Source: Laetmonice hystrix | Lineage: Eukaryota | Assembly (NCBI GenBank): GCA_965235115.1 | Contig: OZ249445.1 | Coordinates: forward strand, 8,122,001 to 8,186,000 | Direction of reading: 5' to 3' | DNA: 64,000 bases | Shown here: one piece after another, positions 24,205-35,700 of the stretch | Numbering within the stretch: position 1 is the stretch's first letter | Layout of the letters: the number at the start of each line of letters is the position of its first letter | Made by a program: the position numbers and the translations under genes | The notes under the pieces: model-generated | Database searches by the model: none | What the model was told of the DNA's origin: nothing | Seen by the model: only the letters and a program-made list of their open reading frames with translations

Positions 24205-25771
24205 GGGTCCTATCTCTACACTGCTGAGACACCTCGTTCAGCGGTCCTATATCTACACTGCTGAGATCACTTCGGTCAGCGGTCCTATCTCTACACTGCT
24301 GAGATCACTTTGGTCAGCGGTCCTATCTCTACACTGCTGAGATCACCTCGGTCAGCGATCCTATCTCTACACTGCTGAGATCACTTCGGTCAGCGGTCCT
24401 ATCTCTACACTGCTGAGATCACTTCGGTCAGCGGTCCTATCTCTACACTGCTGAGATCACTTCGGTCAGCGATCCTATCTCTACACTGCTGAGATCACTT
24501 CGGTCAGCGGTCCTATCTCTACACTGCTGAGATCACTTCGGTTAGCGGTCCTATCTCTACACTGCTGAGATCACTTCGGTCAGCGGTCCTATCTCTACAC
24601 TGCTGAGATCACTTCGGTCAGCTCATTACTAGGAACGCCGGACGACGACTGAACGGGCGTGGAACGCAGCACTGACCTGCCATCTACCGGGAGATTCTTT
24701 ACCATCACGATTGCAACACTTTCTGGATATCGTTTTAAAATAGACTATTTTTTCTCTGAATCTCTTAGGTGTGTTGCTTTAAGCACCAGATTAGTAGAAA
24801 TAAGACAATCGTATAAAATATCGAAATAATTCCGAGGCCTACACATTACATTTACAGTAGAGGCGAGGGCTATTATAGGGCAAAGGGGAGCATTAGGCCC
24901 CCACACTTTTTGATTCTTTCAAATTTCTATATATACAGGGAAAACACATCCGAGGCTATTTAAAAAAAAACAAACAAATACGCCGCTGTCAATAAAACCA
25001 CAGCAAATTTATTCAAAAAATATATACTAGAAAATAGAAGAAATGTTTTATAAATGGGGTCTATTACCAACACATCTGGGGCATTAAGCCCCAATCCAAG
25101 TTAATATTGCATTTGGAGCCTATAGTCCTATAGGAGATTCTCTTGGTGCTGTCTCTATCCCCAAGCTATAAAGCATAGCAGGTACGTGGCCCTCCCTGCC
25201 CAGTGGCCGTAGACAATAAAACCCGGAGTCTATATCGCCACTTATCGGTTTCTCCTCTACAGGATGAGCTGACCGAAGTGATCTTAGCAGTGTAGAGATA
25301 GGACCGCTGACCGAAGTGATCTCAGCAGTGTAGAGATATGACCGCTGACCGAAGTGATCTCAGCAGTGTAGAGATAGGACCGCTGACCGAAGTGATCTCA
25401 GCAGTGTAGAGATAGGACCGCTGACCGAAGTGATCTCAGCAGTGTAGAAATAGGACCGCTGACCGAAGTGATCTTAGCAGTGTAGAGATAGGATCGCTGA
25501 CCGAGGTGATCTCAGCAGTGTAGAGATAGGATCGCTGACCGAAGTGATCTCAGCAGTGTAGAGATAGGACCGCTGACCGAAGTGATCTCAGCAGTGTAGA
25601 GATATGACCGCTGACCGAAGTGATCTCAGCAGTGTAGAGATAGGATCGCTGACCGACGTGATCTCAGCAGTGTAGAGATAGGACCGCTGACCGAAGTGAT
25701 CTCAGCGGTGTAGAGATAGGACCGCTGACCGAGGTGATCTCAGCAGTGTAGAGATAGGACCGCTGACCGAA
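24205..25771. mobile_element. Foldback-like structure: two inverted arrays of a 38-bp unit around a 637-bp spacer
   Basis: Left array 24205-24621 (11 copies of CGGTCCTATCTCTACACTGCTGAGATCACTTCGGTCAG); right array 25269-25771 (13 copies plus 9 bp, reverse complement). Both inner ends continue with CTCAT. Confidence 0.75.
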
Positions 25772-28700
25772 TCAACGGACACAAGACATTGAAAAAAGTA
25801 AATTCTTCCCGTCCAGAACATGGCCAACAGATGCCGACAGCCGTAAGGCACCAACCCACGCACCATTAGCAGGCATGGCTACGCCTCTAAATATTACACG
25901 TGAGACCATGTTAAAAATCATTGCTAAATTCTCACCTTGATGACAGCGAGATTCTATTAGACACATGAGAAATCAGAGGCAGCAAAAGTTTACAGGGACA
26001 CTATTTTTCCGGCGGGTAATATAACGAACGAACATGACTAACACTCCTGATTGAAATATAAGTTAATTTTGTCGTTGAAATAAGGTGAATAGCTGAGTTA
26101 GGACTCCGAGGCAGGTTGACGCATGACTCTGAAGCCAGGGGACAAACGGCAGTCCCAACATTTGGTTGTTACTGCCAGCGCGTCAAACACCGCACTTCAT
26201 CTACTCACTAATGTCATTAACCCCATGCATGCAGAAGAGTTTCCTCGCGATTTTGTGATGGTTCTGATTTTGAAGGTTGATCACCCTCCAACGTGCACTT
26301 CTATCCCACGGAGGCAGGTGTAGTGATGAAGTGATTTACAACCAAGGCCTCAACATTATAAACGTCTGACATGGTAATAAGCACAAATCTGAACAGACAA
26401 TAAATACTGTAATTTGGGAATACAAACAAAGCAAGTGCACAGAACTGTACTGGGTGTAAACATTCACCAATTCAAACCGGACTCTATATCGACCGAATTA
26501 TGCTATAGGCTATAGGCCTACTATAGGCTACTAATCCTGAACATATAACTGCGACTGAAGTTGTATTTTGGGTTTGGTTGATACTTTATGCGCCTCTATA
26601 GGGGGCCTACACAAGCGTATTGAAGTATTATTCAAATGGGTGTCTCTGTGGTTACCCATGCATTATTTGAAATGATGGAAAGTCGGCCATCTTCAGAATC
26701 TGGTTATATTTGGCCTCAGACGCTAACAGATTCCGTGGGCGAGGCTTACTGACCCGTAAGTCGATATCATTTCTAGTTACTAAATTCACTGCACTGAGGA
26801 AACGAATACATTTGAGCTGAGGAAGCGCATTTGAGCTCCTTTCAGCCCAGTTGTGTTGACTGTCATATTAGCTTCATTCTGATTGTGACCATATTGAACC
26901 GGTCCTGAATGGTCCTTTCAAGCGACGTGCTCACGTGCCCCGGTTGCCAACGTCTTATGTATCTAACTTTATGAATCAGTTTGTATTTGTCATTGAATCG
27001 TTAGTTCTGTCATATGATAACCGATACAGGAGCTTTGATGAAAGACGTGCACGCCTGAAAGGCTTGCTGTAGTCGTTCCCGTTCCCGTTAAGCCCCATCC
27101 CCACCTACAAGAACTGCACTGATGATTGAGCCGTACTGTCCCCAACTTGGAGAGATCGTGGGATCTGGATGCTTTCGCGCTATAACATAACCTACGAAGT
27201 AGCTACAAAACGCTACTTATAATTTAAGAAATGTTATACATGCCATCTATATCAATCACACCCTTTTGCAAATGGGTCTGACCCAATAGCAAATTGACAG
27301 ATGGGTCGCCCATTTGTAAATTGGCTGAACCGGCAATTTTGCCAATATTGTAACTGTCTGCTTAATCATTGTGTGAGGGCTGACCAACCAGCCCATTAAT
27401 AAGCAGCCGCGTGGTCATGGGGGCGACACCGACGGGCGGGAGAAAGACGCCCACTGGAGCGGGGGTATTGGAAAACAGGTACAAGCTCTCTCATACAATA
27501 TGCAGTTGTTATAATGTTTTAAACCCCCAAAGCATGTCTTTCCGAACGAGCCAAACGCCACCCGGGTCACAATACACGTATCGAAAATGTTCGACGCTTG
27601 AAAAAAGTAAAAAAGTCACTTTTTTCATGATATATGTCACTGCATCTGATATAGCGGCACATTATCAGAAACTATGTTATTCAGAAATATTTGTTCCGAG
27701 TGTTCTATTGTCAGAGAATTATTTAACCACCTATAGGTTTGATGCGTCTTAAATTACCGCGTGTATACCTTTTGAAAGTACATGCATACTCGGAAGAGAA
27801 CGCCTTTTGAATAATATTTCATCGCGGCGTTGGTTCATTTAACAGTTTCATATTTCTTATAATTGTAGCATTATAGATCGTTTTCTGAATTACTGCATTT
27901 GTATAGGGGGAGATAAGGCCAAATAAAAACGGTTCAGTTCGAGAAATATTTTAAAGACGTGAAAGAAATAATGAAACTGATGACGCATTTATTATATGCG
28001 AGCGCTGACGAGAAAAAATGACATGCCTTTTTTTCCACGGTACTATTTAAGAACAATCTTATTAAAATGTCCTGAAATCAACGAACAACCAAATATGGTC
28101 ACGGTCATGAGGGGTCCAGGTACTTGTTCAGAAACCTCGATGGTTTATCACCGCAATTATCTCACAGAGTGGCTAAGGGCATAGAATCCTTGTTGTATCG
28201 TCTTTCTTTCGACGTTAAAAAAGTATAAACTCAGGCGCAGAGGCTCATCTTCCACATTAGTGTCAAGTTAAAGGGCCCTCTTTTAATTTCTACTGGCGCT
28301 GGCTCCTCCCTTTCGGAAATCCTAGGACTCTGAACGTATAATTATAGCTCATTCAACGCGTTTCTTTTGCTTTGACGTTAAAGGGCCCCTGTCAATTAAA
28401 AGCCACAGAATCGCCCCCCTCTCATATTAAACAACCTAGATTTACCTGCAATCTCGTAATAAATTGGAAGCAAAACAACTGCGCAATTAGTTGCCTTCCT
28501 TCGCTCCACGCAGCCACGCCGGTTTGCCATGGCGGTGGTTTGTAAGCTCCACGGACCGTGATCGGGCGTCTGAACTTGTAATTTTCTTACATTTTGTTGT
28601 CATTATTTGATCGCTATATTTAAATATAATGTTACTTAGAAAGAAAGGTACGTTTCATATTTGGGGGGAATTGACGGAGTCCCTTTAACATTTTGTATAA

Positions 28701-28988
28701 TTCCCCTCGTCTTGGCTATCTCGGCAGCCGATGCCGAACACTTCCCACGCTTCTGCCGATCCCACATGCATGATTTAGGCCTCCTACGAGGCGGGATTGT
28801 TGAATACCTCTGCATCTCCATGTAGCCACATCAAGTTGTTGGGACATAGCCGTGAAAGTTATGCCAAACGGCGCCCTGTTTCTACCGGAGAAACTACTTG
28901 ATCGGCATGAGAGGACGACTTTACGTCGCATGCAGGAACCATCCACGCGAACAGACACACTGGAGAATCTGGCACAAGTTCTGCATGA

Positions 28989-29153
28989 AAGCTAACAGGT
29001 CTGCTGTCATTGGACACATTGGTGGACGAAGGGAACCTGACGGAAGCTAACAGGTCTGCTGTCATTGGACACATTGGTGGACGAAGGGAACCTGACGGAA
29101 GCTAACAGGTCTGCTGTCATTGGACACACTGGTGGACGAAGGGAACCTGACGG
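28989..29153. repeat. 55-bp tandem repeat x3
   Basis: Unit AAGCTAACAGGTCTGCTGTCATTGGACACATTGGTGGACGAAGGGAACCTGACGG at 28989, 29044 and 29099. Confidence 0.9.
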
Positions 29154-29184
29154 CACGCTCACTGAGACAATTACTGCTCTAAAA

Positions 29185-29354
29185 CAGGGGCGGCTCCAGG
29201 AATTTGGTGAAGGGGGGGGGGGCAGGGATAGAATTTGCTAAGGGGGGTTCAGCGTGTTCAACTCAGAATGTACTATGGGGGAAATAGAAAAAAATTGTTG
29301 TGGGGGGAGGGGGGGGGCAGTTCGAACCCTCTGAACCACCTGGATCCCACACTG
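29185..29354. mobile_element. Degenerate MITE of the CAGG TIR family
   Basis: CAGGGGCGGCTCCAGGAA ... CCTGGATCCCACACTG; flanks TAAAA / TATAA (4/5 match). Confidence 0.55.
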
Positions 29355-31635
29355 TATAATGCCTACTTTTGTTTTCATATATTTTCTTTTACTCTCGATG
29401 ACTGACTCTGTACCTATCTGCCATAACTGGTTGCACACTTCATGCCTTTTGACTTCGACTTTGCCAACCCGGCCAACACACCCGATCTGTGAAGTGTAAA
29501 CCCCTAGTAATGCCAGAAATATGGATTGGCATGTAATAAACTCCACCCTCGTCAAGTTTCTCCAGATATCGCCTTCTTAACTTGGACAGCAGCATTATCG
29601 ATAACAACAACAGCAGCATTATCGATAACAACATCAACAGCAGCATTATCGGAACACCACACAAGCCAAATTACAAGCGGAAAACCTAGCGATTTTTAAA
29701 GACAATTATGCGATGGCAAGACTGAGTTAAAAATGGAAGAGGGAAAAACGCTAACTGTCCGAAACATTAACCAGGAAATCTGACATCGGTTGGAAATAAA
29801 AGAGAAGAGAGTATGGATAAAGAGAGAGCTGACATCACAAAAACTCGCCCGACAGTCTTGTTTGCCAAAATGGATTAACATCGTGAACCTACAGAACCGT
29901 AGCTAGACCCTCATCTTCTCCCGCTCAGACAAGAAACAGAGACGGCCCAACAGCTCTTTCCTCTTTTTCTGACTTCCCCCCTGTCAGGTCTTTTCTGTCA
30001 GGGTTTTTTTTTTCATGGTGACACCCCCACACCATTTATCAAAATCCTGACACTTCCCCTATATATAGGAGGGATCCTATATATAGGATTGTAATTTGTA
30101 ATTGTAATTTGCAAATTGTAAATTGGCAATTGTAAAGTGTAATTTGGAGAAAAAATATTGTATTTTATTGTATTCCTATATTCAATATGTCAATACATGA
30201 CTATAGCAGTCAAGGATTAACGGTAGCACTGACGTCACCCTTTGTATGGCCCACAAATGAATGATACACAATATCCCTCTATCAACTCTGACAGAGACAT
30301 GATGCGAACTACGATGTTTGATCTAAAAATCAAATACTGAGGAAGATTTGGAGCGCGTATTTTATTTACAGATACAATAATCCTGTACTACAGTTTGCCT
30401 ATACGTGCATTTGGCATATCAACATAACATGACCAATATAAGTTTTTCAGTGCAGACGCTGTAAATGTATTGGTTATTACGCACGGAGTTAAAGGACCAG
30501 TATGCCGTGTTGGCCCGCGCTGTACATGCGCACAGAACATAGTGCCCCACATCAATTCCCGTAAAATGAATTGTAGGCGCAGCTACAACTAGGCCGCATC
30601 GTAAATAATATTACGGGCATTATTTGAAACAGCTAAATAATATTTTTAGTGTGATATCAATAGGTTCTTATAGGTGAACAGAGTAGGTAGTTCTGAAACC
30701 GACTTGGGCCGGATATCCAGGGGGCGCCACCCTCTTCGACACCCTCCTTTAATCACTCAGCGCCGAAAGTAGCGCGTTTTAAGTTACAAGCTGGCACGAT
30801 TGGTTTTCATAATACTTCCTCCCATTATCACTGTAGTAAGTCATTCGTTTTGATATTGGAATCGCATCTATTTAACAGATGTAGTTTCCTAAAGATAAGT
30901 GTCATTATCAAGAGCTGATATGGACCGGTAGCCTGTTGATTCCATATTTGAATTATATTTCTAACAATCAGTCCTACAGTTTATAGCTACACTGTTTTCC
31001 GTCACATAAGATTTCAGGAATGATATTTCAAACGTCTAGGTCTGAAGTTCGGAAAGTTACCAACTAGATAAAATTCTACAGCACAAACAATGAGCAAGCT
31101 GCAAATAATGCACCTTTGAAACCTTTGTGTTGTTTCCACTTCCTCCCCGGCCTTTTAAATTCAAGATTTTCTAGCTACGGCCCTGGCCATTTTGAGAGAC
31201 CCCCCAGGCTTCCTCATTTTTAACTGAAGAAAAATAAACATGTTATTCATGTCTACTCTCTATATGGGCATATTTTCCCTCAAAATTATCTGTAGGTGCA
31301 GGGAAGTAGGTCCCCTAGCATTCTGTCTTCCAAATGAAACACATTTCGATGCCCCCCCCCCCGAAACGAGCCCCCTTTGAGAAATCCACCGTACGGCCCT
31401 GAACAATCTGGATTGTATATCGTGAGGTGCATGGACACAATCACGGTATATAATTATTTATAAGGTTTATTTTCTTTCTTCTCCCTAGCTGGATCTTGAT
31501 CTAGTAAAATAAATGCTTGATTCCGAATACTGGTTAACTTATGAATAACCATAAATAGATATCATATTCCAATTCATGCAGGTGCATTTATATACACACA
31601 CCTGCACATATTAGTCTACTACTCATGGAAGGTAG

Positions 31636-31738
31636 GTAAGATAAGATAAGATAAGTTTTTATTTGCAACCGTAAGGTTGGATTAAGATAACATACATATG
31701 TGTACATAATACTTAATACACAGTACATAATACATAAG

Positions 31739-31772
<34 letters not shown>

Positions 31773-32360
31773 ATTATATACATTCAAAAACGGTTATTGT
31801 TCACATTGGTAATTGCGTAAAGCCCACGGAATAAGGGAATTATTAAATCTATTTGTTCTTGCCTTAATTAGTGGGTAAATATTAGCTTCTCGCAAAGAAT
31901 ATGGTATGGATCTTACTTCTGGTACCAGATGGTTTAGTTTATGTGATGGCTTCGTCATTTCGTTAAAATACTTCTTACATAGATCTTTCCGTCTGTTCAA
32001 CAACATTGGTAGGTTTACATCAATGAGTACCTGGTGGTACGTGGTCCCAGGATATATTACTCTAAAAGCTCGCTTCTGTATCATTTCAATACTATCACAA
32101 AGGTAGAGTGGCAGACTTGTGCTCCACACAGGACATGCATATTCCAGTACAGGCCTTATTATACTGAGATATATCCTCAGGAGATCACCTTGATCAATCC
32201 CTGCTCTCTTTAACTGATATAAGATGTAAATCCTCTTACTAGCTTTCTTAATAATATTCTCAACATGCACATTCCATGATAGGTCTTTTGTAATAGAAAT
32301 ACCAAGGATTTTAACTGTATCAGGTGCCACAAAGAAGATGTTGTGTGAATTAAATAACAA
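31636..32360 (-). mobile_element. 5'-truncated non-LTR retrotransposon (CR1/L2-group) ORF2 C-terminus and 3' tail
   Basis: ORF 32360-31794: KILGISITKDLSWNVHVENIIKKASKRIYILYQLKRAG...IIRPVLEYACPVWS...IEMIQKRAFRVIYP...FNNSLIPWAL. The 3' UTR has a poly(T) tract, AATAAA and a (CTTAT)n tail. Confidence 0.9.
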
Positions 32361-32791
32361 AAAGTTGAATAAAATATCACAAATATTTTAATTCACATGG
32401 AATCCAACATTGATAACATTATGAGGCATGGCACATGGGTTATGCCTCCTTGGGTAGGCCTACATTATCTGACTTGCTTCTTCTTCAACGTTCAAGTCCT
32501 TAAAAAAGTGCGCGCTGCTTTAAAATCCCCGAGTGTGTAGATTAAATGAGGTAGCAATAACCGTGTGTGGGTTACTCAACAGGTTTACAAACACATAACG
32601 TATATAACAGAATGGTCATAAATCATCAAACACAGTCAATAAATTATTACAGGCTTATATCTAAGACATCTCAACTGCAGCGAAAGCTGCGTGACAAACG
32701 AATGTTTTTCTGCACGATTGATGAGGACGTACCGTCGTTACGATTAAGATATTTGTACTTCATTAACATACTGATTTTTACAATGTTCTCG

Positions 32792-35700
32792 TCATCGATA
32801 TGGAGTAACAAACCTTTTGTTAAGTGTTGGTAATGCAGTCGTATGACTTCCACCATATAGGCCGAATTCCTGGGCTTGTTGCAAGTTGGGATGTAACCCA
32901 GTGTCTTGTCGGACGTACTGGCCGCCAGATGGGGCAATATCCATATAGCTCATACTACTGCCGTAAGGCGTCACCCCAAACGTCGACCCTGAAACATGTC
33001 AGCAATTTAAGATATATAATATAATTCGAGGCTCTGTGTGTTTGTGTCTCGTGTGTGTAAAAAAGATAATTAAACGTACAATCGCAAAATAAAGCTTACA
33101 CCGGTACCTCAGTTGGTTTCGCAGTTAGCGTTAAATTTAAATTATTAACGGTTATCAATTACACCACACTAGAGTTTGTCTCGCACCCGGAGGACCGAGG
33201 CGATTCTCCAATTCTGGTGGCTGATAACAAGTATCGGTTCTACAATAAAGCTAACCATGTGTAGGGCCAATAGATATGCTCTACATAATGGCGTAGGCTA
33301 CAAGTTGTCTGCCTACCTGAGAGTGTTCCTGCCATGTTGTCACACCCAGGGCTGTAGAACCCTCGCGCGTGATCAAACGCTGACCTACAAGAACCGAAAG
33401 CGTCCTGGTATGACCCACCCGGAAAGGAGCTCTCCCTTCCGTATCCGTCGTAAGATGTTCCGTATTTGTTATAACCGGGGACTCCAGCGTAGCATTCCGT
33501 AAATGAGTGATGCGATCGGTTTTGGTCAGTCAAGTATGATGTGGGTGTCGGATGACCACAAGCAGCTGCCATATTGATACCGTTCCCCGAAAGCTGCACT
33601 TGAGGAAACCCATTTTGATGGAGCTGTGAATCATTAAAATTCGCAATCCTTGGGTTGCATGTTATCGAGGTTAGCGGAGTCCCGGACGCCATTAGGCCTA
33701 AGTCCGGTGGATATCCAGCGAGGCCTGCTTGAAGCGATGAAATATAGTTATCATGACAGTTTGAGCCAGAATTGAGTGAAGAGACATATTTTAGTGGTGA
33801 ACGTTGTAAATGTAGAGGAAGGTCAGGTGCTCTGCACGTGGGTTGGTCAGTGAGGTTTGGCTGAACACGTGGAGCAATGGCTGCCGCCGGACGGGTCAAG
33901 GTTACCGTCATGCGGCCGCTCGCAGCTAAATGATGTCGTCCCGGATTCTGATGTGGCAGTAGTTCCGGATCCGATTTGTAAGGTCTCTTGTCTGCCGACA
34001 CTGTCAATCAAAGCAAGGACTGTCAGTGATGCTAATGCCGCATAGTATGCCCCCAAAATGAGTAGGGGTGGGATGGGGGGGGGGGGTTGTATCTTTTAGA
34101 TCTATCCTTTCAAGCAGGAAAAAAACTTCATAACGGGGGGGGGGGTGTAGCTAGGGGGTGGGGAGGGGTTGCCTGGAACCCCCTCCCCAAAAAAGATAAT
34201 TAGGCCTAATAGATAATTAAATAACTAAATAGATCTAAATGAATTACTGATGGGTAGAGTCGCCAACTATACTATACTCTGCCTGGATTCGAGTGGTCGT
34301 TTTGGGAGGCCCCACCCACAATACACCAACGTGCCACCCATTCTCTAAACGGTCAATATACACCAGCGCCTACTGGCGGCACTTTTATGAAACCTTGAAA
34401 GCTAAAACGATTTTACATCAACAACACACGTTCGACACGATTCCTTTGACAATTCACTTAGAATCTGCAGGAAATCCGATCATCATTTCAATCGTTGACT
34501 TCTTAACTCCCTCTTGACACGCGATAAGCATTATTTTGTTCGTCGCTATGAACGTTTGAAGTGCCGAACCGAAGCGAAGTTCCACCGCTGCCGGTGAATC
34601 GTGATTAGTTTCCGCTAGATGGCACGGAAAAGGGTGCTGCCATCTATCGTTTTGACTTGGAACTCAATATTAGTTCAGAGTTAAAACGATAGATGGCAGC
34701 ACCCTATTCAGTGCCATCTAGCGGGTATTATGGAACTAATCAGTGGCCGCCTATGGCGCTACAATCGGCTGTCAAAGCGTAGGCCTGCGCAGCGCATCGG
34801 CACTTCAAACAAATAACGACAAACAGAAACATCTATATAACTATCATCAAGCAGGGATAAGGTATCAAAGTCTGAAATGATCATAATATTTAATTATCGA
34901 CTATCGTTACAGATTGTAAGAGAATCTCCAACTAATCCGATATTAGCCAAACATGTGTTTTGGTGAACTCGGCCATGCCCTTGCCATAGTTATCAACGTT
35001 TCCACCAGAAGGCGCTGCCGCTTTTCGACCGTGTGGCCTAGGCCGTTGCTGGTAGACAGGGTCATTTTGTCCAAATCAAGGGTGTAGCCGGGGGGGGGGG
35101 GTTCCGGGTTGCCTGGGCCCGTTTTTGTTGTGTTGTGTTGTGCTTACCGTGAGCTGAGCTGAGCTGGGCTGAGCTGAGCAAGCTCTTTCTTGCTCACGTG
35201 AGCACATGTATGCTCACGATGAGACGGGTTTGGGTTTGGGTTTGTTTACCCGGAGCACAATCTCACATGGGGTCCCATAGCTTGCTCACGCTGACGCTGA
35301 CAAAACAAAAACGGGCCCTGGAACCCCCCTTCCAAAAAAGATAATTAATAGATAAATAAATAACTAAATAGATCTAAATGATTGACTAATTGGACCCCCC
35401 CCCCCACACACACACACCATTTCAGTTGGACCCCCCCCCCCTTATCTCAGTTCTGCCTACACCCCTGGGGAGGGGGGTTTGCAACCCCAGTAACACCCAC
35501 ACACACACACAATCCGCCACCGTCCTGTAGTGAAAGGTTTGTGGCAGTGTGGGGTGGGAGCAAAGATCAATGAAAGAGGGCATATTTTACAGTCTATGCC
35601 ATTGAATACCTTTAGGTATTACTTTCAGGTTCCCCATACAGTGAAACTGTATACCATCTAGTTGTAGACAAGCAAGGTGAATTTCCAAGGACACTGTCCA

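Noticed and set aside
24205-25771. CRISPR-like array (38-bp repeats with hairpin)
   Set aside because: Units are contiguous with no unique spacers, no cas genes are present, and the context is eukaryotic. The same applies to the 31-bp array at 18549.
29440-29664. Signal-peptide-like ORF MCGVPIMLLLMLLSIMLL...
   Set aside because: The hydrophobicity comes from a 24-bp tandem repeat read on the minus strand; no convincing gene structure.
31636-32790. LINE donating the RFX6 poly(A) signal
   Set aside because: An ATTAAA (minus strand, ~32387-32392) is available before the LINE; 3'-end data would be needed.
32671-32937. ORF with a Grainyhead-like look ([13 protein letters not shown])
   Set aside because: It is an alternative frame of the last RFX6 exon; the spliced frame is 32988-32792.
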